From Octopus vulgaris (lineage: Eukaryota), in the NCBI GenBank assembly GCA_951406725.2, contig OX597816.1, positions 100,006,001 through 100,070,000 on the forward strand: a stretch of DNA of 64,000 nt, in the 5' to 3' direction. Every line of letters begins with the position of its first letter. The stretch's first letter is position 1. Position numbers and translations under genes: made by a program. The notes under the pieces were generated by a model, which searched no databases, had not been told where the DNA came from, and was given only the letters and a program-made list of their open reading frames with translations. Below are positions 12,853 to 24,620 of the stretch, piece by piece.

Positions 12853-12970
12853 CAGTTGAATTAGATACTTAAACTGAGGCACCAAGCCAGTTCAGTATAG
12901 TCCACACAGCTTGAAGTTAGGTGACCAAAATGTAAATAAGTAACAAGGATGTCCAGGTAATAGGTAGCAA

Positions 12971-13057
12971 TGCATTACAGCCATTTCAAGTGGCTCCATT
13001 TAATCAATCAATGAAAACATTACATCTTTTTGAAAGAAACCACTCTCCTCAGAAGCA
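12971..13057 (-). ncRNA. Type I hammerhead with extended stem II
   Basis: UGCUU-CUGAGGA-[GAGUGGUUUC...GGAGCCACUU, 58 nt]-GAAAU-GGCU-GUA-AUGCA. Confidence 0.62.
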
Positions 13058-15129
13058 GATGACCCTATAGATTTCCAACATAAAGGAGAAACCATTTTAA
13101 GCATTTATTGCAAATTTATATCAGTACTAGAAACCAAAATAATTACATTGTTTCCTTATATTATATTTGTGGCAGAATGAATTCAGAGAATAATGCATAT
13201 CTATTCAATCCTACTATAGAGAGTTGCAGAGGAAAACAGTGGGTCCAAGATATAGGAGTGGTGTGACAGTTATTTATTTATAAGATTTTATGCTGTAAAT
13301 AGTTTAAGACCATTTAGAATTAAATCCATTGGGTGTTGTCAGCTATGTTCTAGTTGATGGTGATAAATTAATTAATTAGACAACCTCTCAGACCTTTATT
13401 TTACTGGGACCATATATCAATCTTTATCTACATAAAAGGATATGTCTCAGAGCTGCTAGTGAGAGAATGACTGATGGGGAAGAGGTGATAACCAGAAGAA
13501 GGAAGAACTATGGGTGGGTAGTCCTCATTTAGATTATCAGATAAAAGGGGATTATAGTGAAAAACAAAAGAGGTAAAAATAAGCTCTGAGGGTGAGAATT
13601 AGAAATGAGAGATACGGGATGTAGTAATTCATAATTTAGCAAATTTATTATATTAAATTTAGAAAAGAATTATAGAACAATATATAGGAAAAGGATAGAA
13701 ATTAAACTTAAAACCAAGTAATAGGGTACTTTAATATATAAGAGAAAGTTCTTAAGGCCTTTCCTAAACATTGTTAAGGTGGTTGGAATAAAACCATTCC
13801 ACAATGAATTTATAAATGAATTAAATTATCATCTAAGTAGGAGTACATAATATATATTAAATCAAAACAAGGATTATTATCTTCATTACAAGTGGATAAG
13901 TATAAAATATTGAAAATATGGAAGCGAATGTAATGGGTAATTAAATTAAAGGTATACAAAATGTATAATAGACTACATGCAGAAGTAATAGCTAAACCAA
14001 TATGAGCATATAACTATTTATTGAATATTATACGATTTCCCATATTAGGTAAACTTTTATAAAAGATCTTGTAAAAAAAATTATTTGTAAATTACAAGCA
14101 CTATGAAAAGATTATGAAAGGATATAAGAAAGTATAAAAATATCACGTATTTATATTAAAAAATTATAAAATTTATGGAACATAAAGTGTAATTAAAAAT
14201 ATGAATATGATATTGTATTATATTATACAGCGAGTTCTAAAAGAAATTATAAACCCCTCTACAATCTGTAGAAGCCACACAAGTATAAAGGAGGGTACAT
14301 AGATATATAAAAATTTAATAAGATAAAAAACATGAAAATGATATGAAAAAAATTAAAAGATAAAATATTTTTATATAATGATTTTTTTATACAGAATTTA
14401 TAAAATGAAATATTTCATTACGGTTGATATAAAAGGTATAACAGATAAAAAAAGAGATAATGAGTAAGGATAAGTCAAGGTACGTATAACGAATGTTAAT
14501 TAAAGAATAAATAAAGATAAAGATACCTTTGGAAGTAGGTTTATAAAATATTTGTTAACTATATCAGAGACATTGATTTATGTAGAATAATAACAGTTCC
14601 TTGGGAGTATGCCTTATACTTAGGCGAGGCACAAGATTTTGTAATCTGTTACAAATTTATATATTACAAGAAAAACAACACCTCCGTGAGCCAGTAGCCG
14701 TTATGTTAATAGTTAGGGTAAAATCGCTTACAAAACGTTAGCTAAGGGAATTAATTCAACTGGTCTTGTGGCATAAGTTTAGATAATTCAGGTAGGGAAT
14801 GAAAAAAAAAATGTGTACAGAAAATCTTGGTGATTTGAAATTTGCGTTTTAGTGGAGAAGGATAGGACAAACTTTGCTGTTAATTGTTAGCAACACATAA
14901 AGGGAAGAGCAAATAATTTCAAGAAATATTTATTAATAAACAGCTGCGCCGTCTTGGGTCTAGGAATCCTGCTAGGCATGTCAGTTCTACAATACACCTC
15001 AGTCATACTTGAACATTAATGTGACTCAGTAACTTATTAAAGATGAAGTATATTCTAACCTTGAAAGGGAATCTTAATGTTTGGGATCCAGATTATGGCA
15101 GTGTTGCTATGGCAGTGAACAGATTGAGT

Positions 15130-15500
15130 CGTTAACGCACTAGACAAAATGCTTAGCAGCATTTCTTGCAGTTCTTTAGGCTCTGAGTTCAAATGCCGCT
15201 GAGGTCGACTTTGCCTTTTGTCTTTTGGGAGTCAATAAAATAAAAACCAGATGAGCACTGTAGTCAATGTAATCGATTTCCTCCTCCACTCAAAATTGCT
15301 AGCATTGTGCCTATTTTGGAAAAAAATTGAGGTGTCGAGCTGGCAGAATCGAAACGCAGCGGACAAAATGAATAGCGGCATTTCTTCCAGTTCTTTATGT
15401 TCTGAGCTGAAATTCCGTAGAAGTTGGCTTTGCCTTTCATCTTTTCAGGGTTGATGAAATAAGTATCAGTTAAGCCTTAATGTCGATGTAATCACCTTCC
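15130..15500 (+). mobile_element. Two tandem decayed SINE fragments
   Basis: Two diverged copies of GACAAAATG..TAGC.GCATTTCTT..AGTTCTTTA....TCTGAG.T.AAAT.CCG...CTTTGCCTTT..TCTTTT...AAGTA.CAG. Related pieces lie at 11090-11200 (-) and ~39335-39445. Confidence 0.6.
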
Positions 15501-15746
15501 CTCTCCCCATAAAGGCTTATGATATTTATGTGTCAATGGGAAATTATTAATTACTAGTGGGACCCGTTAATATTCCATGGAATTAATGGTAAACTTATTG
15601 GGCTATTTCTGAAAACTTTATCCAAAAAAACCTGAAAGGGTAGCCTGTATCATGTCTGTATCAAAAGATAATTGTTCATCTGCTTATCATTAAAAAGTGA
15701 AGGAAACTGGAATACGATAATTAATTAATACACTTTATATACTTTA

Positions 15747-16061
15747 CTAGCACTATGACCCGGCGCACATACACGTGAGTACTGTCCAAATCTCCGACCA
15801 ATCACATACAGCTAGCTGGCATTCAATTGGCGTATCAAGTTTTGGGCATTTTGATTGGATTTTGGATAGAAAATTCACAAAAAGTCACTGTTATTGAATT
15901 TTTAATGGCTTTATGGGGTGACTGGGGAAATGTAAAGATGTGCACGACCACCCTTGCACGGTTTTGAATGACCATATAAAGTGCGATCCCTCTAACTGAA
16001 AAATTGTGGATTTGTATAAAGGACACACACACAGACATTTTGCTATTTATATATAGAGAGA
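15747..16061 (-). mobile_element. Non-autonomous Helitron (second family)
   Basis: Minus strand: A|TCTCTCTATATATAAA 5' end and GCGCCGGGTCATAGTGCTAG|T 3' end, with the hairpin partly deleted. Confidence 0.7.
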
Positions 16062-17060
16062 TAACTAAAAGGGAAGAAAATCCTAATACTGAAGGGTACA
16101 TATGCAAAATAAGTATTGAAGGAATGCAGCTTAAAATGGTTAGGGGTTCTTAGAGAGCAATACTACATATATTTCTAGATAATAGAGGGTATGTCATAAA
16201 TAATATGACACTCCAGATAACTTATGCTACCAAATTATAGTATGATATGCTTATTATTATCTGCTTCTAAAGTATTTGAAGGTACAGATAATCTTATGTA
16301 CAATAGATACTTTAAGGTATAATTTATTATTAATTAGGTTTTGCTTTTCTCTATATTTAAAAATTTCATGAATTTCTATACAACATAGTTCACATCTATA
16401 TCAGCTATTTTTGTGTGGCTGAATCCTGCAGACTATATCTCATTTTAGGTGAAATTTACTATTATTTTCCTTGAGTTACCAGTTTTTCATAGCTTATGAG
16501 GTGCTGTTGGCTTTATGTCTATTTTATATCTTTAAGACAAAAAATGGTTATTCAGGCATTTTTTTCATATTTACAGAGCACCCAATGTAAATGAAGTTAT
16601 TAGTTTCCATCATTATTGTACATTTGCATATAGCATTTTCAGCTAAACACCGACTCTGGGACATATCCTTTTATGTAGATAAAGCTTGATATATGGTCCG
16701 TGTAAAATAAGCGTCTGGAAGGTTGTCTGGTATTAATTAATTTATCACCATCAACTGGAACATAACTGACCACTCCCAGTGGATTTAATACTAAATGGTC
16801 TTAGACTATATGCTGTATAAAATCTTATAAATAAAAATAAATAACTGTCTCACTACTCCTATATCTTGATCCCCACCATTTTCCTCTGCTACTCTCTAAA
16901 TTACAGAAGGCTTAAACAGATATGCATTATTCTCTGAATTCTTTCTGCCACAAATATAACATAAGGAAACTGTAATTATTTTGGTTTCTAGTACTGATAC
17001 AAATTTGCTGTAAATGCTTAAAATGGTTTCTCCTTTATGTTGGATATCTATATGGTCATC

Positions 17061-17155
17061 TGCTTCTGATGAGAGCAGTTGAGCAGTCTCTTTCAAATTG
17101 ATGTAATGTTTTCATTGATCAATTAAATGGAGCCACTTGAAACAGCCATAATGCA
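17061..17155 (+). ncRNA. Type I hammerhead with extended stem II (second pLTR copy, decayed)
   Basis: UGCUU-CUGAUGA-GAG...CUU-GAAAC-AGCC-AUA-AUGCA. The consensus with the 12971 copy gives palindromic ACGGCCGU-A. Confidence 0.55.
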
Positions 17156-17672
17156 TTGATACCTAAACATCCTTGTATATATATATATATATATATATAT
17201 ATGCCCTGACACATCTTCAACATTGTATCTCCCTCCTCTTTCTCTCTCTCTGCTATCTCTCCTCTCCCTCTGCCACTAAGGTAACCAGGCACCCTGTCCA
17301 AACCAAGACACCTATTTCTGTTCCTCTTTTCATACTCTAACTTGTCATCACCTGGCACAAAGTCACCTCCCATAATAATACTCCTTGGTCGTTTGAGAGG
17401 TCCTGTCTTGCAAGTTACTTGGTGTCCTCACTGCTCCTGTTACCATGTTAAAATCACCCAGTATGGTCTGTAAAGTGTTTGGCATTTAAAAGGGCATCCA
17501 GTTGTAGAGACCATACCAAAACAGATTATACAGCTTGGCGCAGTTATTTTACTTGCCAGCTCCTGTCAAATAATACAACCCATGCCAGCATGGGTGGAGG
17601 GTGATAAGTGAGGTTGATATAAATGTATATGTATGTATACATATATACATACATATGCGTGTGTGGGGTATG

Positions 17673-17706
<34 letters not shown>

Positions 17707-17884
17707 ACCCATGCCATCATGGAAATCAGATGCTAAATGATGATAATGTATGCTCACCCATATGTAATGCATAGGTACATATATAATGCTTACATTTATA
17801 GCTATTGAATTCTTCTCACTTCCAGCCAGAACCCCATCCACTTCCCTTCCCACTTTATTTCCCCCTTCTGTTGTTGATTATTTA

Positions 17885-18100
17885 ATGCTCTTGGAAATGA
17901 GGACAATATCATCAATGAATTTGAGATGATTTAGTATGCATCAATTTGTATTTATTCCTCTATCTGACCAATATGCATTTTTAAAAACCTTTTCTATTAC
18001 AGATGTGAATAATTTGGTGTCTCCTTGTCTGACTCCTTTACCAATTTTGACATCAAATGCATTGTTGTTTATAGTTGTGGTAATGCTACAGTTGGTGTAA
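17885..18100 (-). mobile_element. Old RTE-clade RT fragment (distinct family)
   Basis: KGVRQGDTKLFTSVIEKVF...GIN...LNHLKFIDDIVL, i.e. RT motifs with a deletion and a stop. Confidence 0.7.
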
Positions 18101-19032
18101 ATATTCTTATATATTTGTATGTATATACATATGTATATATGTGTGTGTGTGTGTGTGTGTCTGTGTATAGTTGATATTACATGTGTACATTTTGGCAACT
18201 GATAATAAAATCTTGCTTGAAGTACAAGTTCTATTATACAGAATATTTTCAATGGTGGAAATGGAATCAGTACCAGTTCATCTATCATGATGAGGAAATT
18301 CATCCATTCATTCACTCTGTATACAAAGCAAAGACTGTTTGAGCTATGTATCTTAAGTGTGATATATATTAATTGTAAATGAGTGACAAAAGTAGTAGTT
18401 CACTAGTCGCTTATAAAGAATGAATTAAGCATGGTCTATTTACAAGAAGAGACATGTGAATACAAAGGACAGCTGACATGCCAAGGGACCAACGTTAATA
18501 TCAAATGTATCATGCATAGAGGTAGGGGAGAGATAAAGCAGAAGTAAAATAAAGAAAATATTGAGTTGATACATTTTGATGTAATCTGAAAGAGCATGAG
18601 CTCAAAGAAGAATTAATGAACAGATTATCTGAACTTGGAGGATTAATTCTTCTTTATCTTTTGAGTATTGTATTGTAGATTTTTAGCACCAACAAATGTA
18701 AATTCACCCATAATACGGGACAGCCTATCTTTTATTTACTTCTGTATATCATGTCTCAAAAGAAAGTTCACAATGAGTTTCAGTATTTATTTTGATGAGA
18801 ACAGAGCAGAACACAAATTTTTTCATGGCTGCATAAAACAATGAATGATCGTTTTGATTTGACATAGGCCAGATTTTGTATAGATTTGGATACAGTCAAT
18901 TGAATTGCTTCAAGAATATTACTGGACTTTATTGATCATGATGAAAGAAAAGCATAAGTCAACTTCAGCAAGATTTAACTCTGAATATAGAATTTTCTCA
19001 GACTTTTAAAAAAAGATTTTGTAATTTGATGA

Positions 19033-19146
19033 TAAGTTCAGTTGCTGCGAGGAGTGAAAAGTCTAACTTTTGGACTGATATACTTTAGAGTGAAGAGAGA
19101 AAATATAAATGCTTGACCTTTCTATTCCTCGCAGCAGTTGAACTTA
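19033..19146. repeat. Small inverted-repeat element (MITE-like)
   Basis: Imperfect arms of ~30 bp: TAAGTTCAGTTGCTGCGAGGAGTGAAAAGTC and GACCTTTCTATTCCTCGCAGCAGTTGAACTTA. Confidence 0.65.
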
Positions 19147-20012
19147 CTGATACTCTACAAATTCTCCTTTGAATTAATTATTGTTGATGCTGATTTTCAC
19201 AAATTGTCTTTTGATTTTGGCCTTTATCTTGTTTGGCTTTAGTTTGCCATTATAATCTTTTAATTCATCACCCTTTTCATAATAACATAATAAAGTGAAA
19301 TCTGCTAGTTTCTGCTTTCATGATAATTGATGGCATTGAATTATCACTTTTATTTTGTTATATAGATAATTAAATGTAAGCATATCAAGACAATGACCAT
19401 TGTATAAACATTGGTACTCACATATATATACACAGCTATGTATGCACACACATAACCAACTGAACAGATTGTGAAAAAGTACTTGAGGCTATGGAAAAGC
19501 TTGTGAATAGACATAAATAAAAACAAGAAGGAAGAAACTGAGAATGTCCTTATCACATCTTCTTGGCCCTTACCCCATTCTACACAAAATTTTTGTTGAG
19601 AGCTGTGTTCACAATGCCTTCATATTTCTCTATTCTTTGTTGAAGTGCAAGAGCTTGAAATGTTTAGACTTCCCACTTTTTACAATAGTAAAACTTATTA
19701 ACATTCTATGAACTTTCCTTTGGATCAATTATTGCTTATGCAGACCATTAGATCCTGGATTTTATCCACTTTCTAAAAGGTTTGATTTTATTTTGCTCAC
19801 ATTCTGAAATGTTTGTGTCACATTTGATTTCTATGCAATTTAAGTAAGATGAAATAGTAGCCTTTTTAATATAATCTTCAATAGAAAAATTAAAACCAGG
19901 GATGCCATTTATTTTACATTTGAGTGAGCGAAAATGCACAAAAAGCACATATCTCCAGCCTAAAATCTAGAAGATCTCATAGAAGTGATCTCGTCTATCT
20001 ATTGCAAAATAT

Positions 20013-21846
20013 ATTGAATAGACAGCTCCCTAGTAGATAAAGCAATTAAGGGTATGAAGCCAGGAAAAGCCTCAGGCCCATCAGGAATCACTGCTGAGAT
20101 GCTTAAAACATCTGGTGGTGTGGGCTATGGCCTAGTCACACGCATTGTAAACCAGGTAGTTCATCATGGAGTCGCAGCACCATAGTCAACTGCTGCAAGT
20201 GTAAAGGTGATGCTCTAGATAGAAATAACTACAGGGGTATCAAACTGCTGGATCAGGTGATGAAGGTCACAGAGAGGGTCATAGCCCATCTCATGAGGGA
20301 AATAGTCTGCTTAGATGAGATGCAGTTCGGTTTTGTGCTAGGTAGAAGCACCACTGATACCATTTTCCTGGTTCAAAAACTGCAGGAGAAATACCTAGCT
20401 AAAGAAATACCTATACTTAGCTTTTGTGGACTTGGAAATACCTATACTTAGCTTTTGTGGACTTGGAGAAAGCCTTTGACAGGGTCCCCTGATCCCTTAT
20501 CTGGTGGGCAATGCGGAAACTGGAGATTGACGAATGGTTAATAAGGGCTGTACAGGCCCTTTACAGAGGCCGTTAGTAAGGTTAGGATTGGCAGCGAGTA
20601 TAGTGAAGAATTCCGGGTAGGAGTAGGGGTCCACCTAGCTTCAGCCCTCAGTCCCCTTTTATTCATCATAATCCTCCAGACAATAACAGAGGAATTCAAG
20701 ACGGGTTGCCTCTGGGAGCTCCTCTATGCTGATGATCTGGCCCTCATAGTAGAATCACTACCAGAACTAGAAAAGAAATTTCGGGTGTGGAAGCTAGGTT
20801 TAGAATCTAAAGGCCTTAGAGTCAATGTAGCAAAGACCAAAGCTCTTGTAAGAAGGTGAACTCCTCACACACACCCTCAGGTAGGTGGCCCTGCTCGATC
20901 TGTAGAAAAGGTGGAGGTAGAAACTCCATAAGATGTACCCAGTGTAAGCTATGGACACATAAGAGGTGCAGCAACAGCAAAGGAAAATTAACCGAGAAGA
21001 TATCTTTCATGTGCGGCAGATGCACAGGGGCAATAGACACTACAGATACTCAGAAAACAGATTCCATCACACTAGAAGTAGTTGATAGCTTCCACTACCT
21101 AGGTGACCAAGTTAGTAGTGGGGGTGGATGCTCAGAAAGTGTTACCACTTGAATAAGAATAGCCTGGGCAAAGTTTAGAAAGCTTCTTCCTCTGCTGGCG
21201 ATAAAGGGTCTCTCGCTCAGAGTGAAAGGTAGATTGTACGACGCATGTGTGCAAACTGCCATGCTTCACAGCAGTGAAATATCGGCCGTGACTGTGGAGG
21301 ACATGCGTAGGTTCGAAAGAAATGAAGCTAGTATGATCCACTGGATGTGTCATGTCAGTGTGCATGCACGACAGAGTGTAAGCACCCTGAGAGAAATGTT
21401 GGACATAAGAAGCATCAGATGTGGCGTGAAGGAGTGACATTTGCATTGGTATGGTCATGTACTATGGATGGATGAGGAGAGATGTGTGAAGAAGTGCCAC
21501 TCCCAAACAGTTGAAGGAATCCAGGGTAGAGGTAGACCCAGGAAGACATGGGATGAGGTGGTTAACCATGACCTTCGAACGTTGGGCCTCACAGAGGCAA
21601 TGACAAAAGACCGAGACCTCTGGAAATATGCTGTGACTGCGAAGACCCGACAAATGAAGTGAGTTCATGGCTTGCAGGACAGTCTGCTGTGCTTACCTTG
21701 GATCGTAGGGTGACCTGCTGTGCTTGAGCAGATCTATTGAGTCAAGTACATTAACATCATGGTGCAGCCTCCTGGCTTCCCAGACCCCGGCCAAACCATC
21801 CAACCCATGCTAGCATGGAAAATGGACGTTAAATGATGATGATGAT
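20013..21846 (+). mobile_element. RTE-clade LINE, 5'-truncated and decayed
   Basis: NYRGIKLLDQVMKV, QFGF..GRSTTD, LLYADDL, Cys/His finger, GRGRPRKTW and (GAT)n tail. Contains stops, frameshifts and a ~31-bp tandem duplication near 20405-20468. Confidence 0.95.
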
Positions 21847-22927
21847 TCAAAATTTGATAGTTCAACACCTTGAATAATTAATTTATTGAAAATTTTCTAA
21901 ATGTGATTTGGCAGTAGTTAAAACAATGAAATAGGGAAATGTTTCAGAACACAGTTAAACGTAAAAGTTAATTAGAAAATAAACAGAACATTTTCTCTAA
22001 ACAAGAACATAGTTATATTTATGGGTGTATGTTATTTAGCAAAGTGATAGTTGGTTCTCACACTTCTTTTCACATAATTAGGAAGGATAAATCATGTCTT
22101 ATGTAAGAAAATAGAAGTAGCATTTTTTTTTTGTAATAATAAACATTAAACCTATTTGAGAGTAAAAGTAAAATTTATTATTTAATTTTTAGAATAGTAA
22201 ATACTAACAAAGCCTCTCTAAATATCCTTTCTTGTTTGTTTGTTTTTTACTATCTCATAAGATCCTTGAATGAAGAAGACAATCTATTAAACTAAAAATT
22301 AATTGTGCTTACATAATCAGTACAAATATTATTAAATTCGATACATAAGTTGAATATGAATGGGAAAGCTTAGGCATCCACACAGAACATGTTTTGAAAT
22401 ACAAATTTTTAAGGTTTCATTCATAAGAATTCAGTAATTAAGATTAGATTTAGTTATATGCTTAGTTTATCAAATTATAAATCTGAATGTTATATCTATA
22501 GTGTTAAATTAGATAAAAACTAGCAGCAATTTTACAAAAGTAATTTTCCTGAAAGTGAGCAGAGAACTACAAGAATTATAGATGAAATTAAGGTGACTGA
22601 GAAATTTATTTCTCAGTAATTGATATTAGTTGTGAACTAACATTTCAGATAGACTGATGGAGCACATAGTCTTTGGGGGCAGGGGATGCTAATGTATCTT
22701 GCTGTCATATATAAACATCAGTATTTAAATCAGTTATCTTAACCAAACTCTCTTTCATAAGGCATTTTCATAGTGACTGTGGAGGTTCTTTACTTGATAA
22801 GGTTATTGAAAGAAGTAGAATGTATATATTGCACAAAATTAGAAGGGTTTGTAATCAATATATTAAAATTAATGCATTACATTATTCATTTCACAATCAC
22901 TATCCCACATCAACTAGACTATCAGAT

Positions 22928-23074
22928 CCCAGGTTCGAAATTTTCCCCAAACACCTGATGAAGGCTGGAGGTTATATCAGCTGAAACTTTGTGTTAACAA
23001 TGATCAAGATGAGGACAAATATTCGTCAAATGTAAATAATGTACATACTTCTTCATCTCTTAAATATAGAACTG
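22928..23074 (+). mobile_element. 5'-truncated hammerhead element (copy 4) with 13-bp TSD
   Basis: Same 3' module as 7825-7945, flanked by TAGACTATCAGAT at 22915-22927 and 23075-23087. Confidence 0.85.
22950..22995 (+). ncRNA. Minimal type I hammerhead (best-preserved copy of the tRNA-linked family)
   Basis: AACAC-CUGAUGA-A-GGCUG gagguuauau CAGCU-GAAAC-UUU-GUGUU, with a perfect 5-bp stem I and intact core. A sister copy suggests GAAACGUU. Confidence 0.75.
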
Positions 23075-24026
23075 TAGACTATCAGATGTCCTTATACATT
23101 ACAGATTACAATGCACTTTCATTCTCTCCTTGCTTGTGCCCTTCCCTTCACTTCAATCCAAGTTCTTTTGCTACATCATCTTTCCATCATTTTGGAGGTC
23201 TTCTGCATGGTCTTATCTGATCACATTAATCAGCATCATTGTTGTTTAACATCCGCTTTCCATGCTGGCATGCGGTGGACGGTTTGACTATGAATTGATA
23301 AGTGATGTGAGTCCTCCTGTCTGCGAGTCATGCAACATATCTTGCTCAGCAGATCTTGTGCTTTCCGTATTCCACAATCACATCGTTCATTCTACTCCAT
23401 TCTCAAATTATCTAATCATGGATACTCTCTCACAATATTTTAGGGTATGCTTCTTTTTCAACAGAATTTTACGGGGTAGGGATACATGCTCTCATTCGAA
23501 GGGGGAACATTGCTATTGAGAGAAATGGTGACTATGTTGAGAAGTAGGGATGTAATCCACAGAGGACCAGCTTCATTTTGACGTATGATACATGTTCCTG
23601 TGTTGGTAATTATACCTGTCCTAAACAAAATGGCATTACTTTTTGACTCACCCTCGTATATATAAGTATATCAAAACACACACAGTTTTACAAAAGTACA
23701 TTTATAAACATGCATGATTTCCACTTGCACCAATGCAATTATCTTTTGTTGAATACTATTTTGAGGCTCTGTTCTTGAGATAGGTGCATGACATTGTTTT
23801 ACTTATTATTTTCTGTATGCATTTATCTTAATGAAGATTTTCCTCAAAATGTTTTGTGTACAGATTAGCGTCATAATCAGTGCATAACTCTCGCAATGAA
23901 CCTCTTTTAATAAATGATTAAGTGTATTAGAATGTATTAGAAATATAAAGTAATTGGAATTAGAAATATGCAACCAGAAGATATTTTAATTTTACTAAAG
24001 GTTATATTCTCAGTTTTATATGCATG

Positions 24027-24620
24027 CTAGACTACCCGTGACCCATTGGTTCGCTTACAGTTCGAGTTATAAAACATTGAAGCTGATTTCAACATTGCTT
24101 TGAAATGAAAGTTAATTTTATGATGATTCAGTTAAATATTTCTATTCATTTGTGTCATCATAGGTCTATTTTACAAGTTGATGTTTAAGGTTTTATTGAT
24201 TATTTACAGCATCTAATAGAAATTGAACTTCCAGGATAAACTTGAACTCCAGTAACAGCATTTATTTATGACATATATGAGCACTTCTACAAAAATGCAA
24301 AAGGAATTATTATATAATGTAAGCATTAAATTAATGAAAACAATTTTCACAGTATTATATATTCCCATTTCAGGGTGATGCTACTTTCAGTGTATTTTCC
24401 TATTATGCACTGTTTTGGCTATTTATGAAGGTACCCCCCAAAAAACATGTATCTCTGGAATTTGTGGTGCAGTTTACGTGAAACTTGTTTTATTCCATTT
24501 GTATTCACATTTCAGGGGTTCCTTACTTTTGGAGTATTTTCTCATTATGTGCTGGTTTGGCTGTATTAGATTACAAACAAGCAAGCACACAAGCAAGTAA
24601 GCAATCATAGAGTTTTATAC
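24027..24620 (-). mobile_element. Possible old Helitron-like element
   Basis: Minus strand begins TATAAAACTC...(GCTT)n and ends GGGTCACGGGTAGTCTAG. Contains a diverged ~141-bp internal duplication (24366-24430 vs 24507-24570). Confidence 0.35.

Larger units (their letters stand above)
12943..17177 (-). mobile_element. Decayed Penelope-like element with inverted pseudo-LTRs
   Basis: Inverted arms of ~510 bp (12943-13452 and 16654-17177), each with a P.GFN C-terminal motif and a hammerhead. Minus strand 13500-14560 holds frameshifted PLE-RT-like remnants (LLPKV, HIGLAITSACS, SYLD, HYNPLL). Confidence 0.62.

Noticed and set aside
13560-14760. Possible NUMT (very AT-rich, AHIGL resembles ND4)
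   Set aside because: No sustained mitochondrial reading frame or mt-tRNA; the motifs and flanking inverted pLTRs fit a decayed Penelope RT better.
19748-19960. Minus-strand ORF after a TTTTAG acceptor
   Set aside because: No recognisable homology and a weak pyrimidine tract. Similar unsupported candidates at ~36541-36575, ~38970-39057 and ~40583-40642 were also left uncalled.
24374-24430. Exon-like 57-nt segment (GDATFSVFSYYALFWLFMK) with AG/GT ends
   Set aside because: Weak donor, a diverged duplicate 141 bp downstream contains a stop, and it lies within a probable old repeat.
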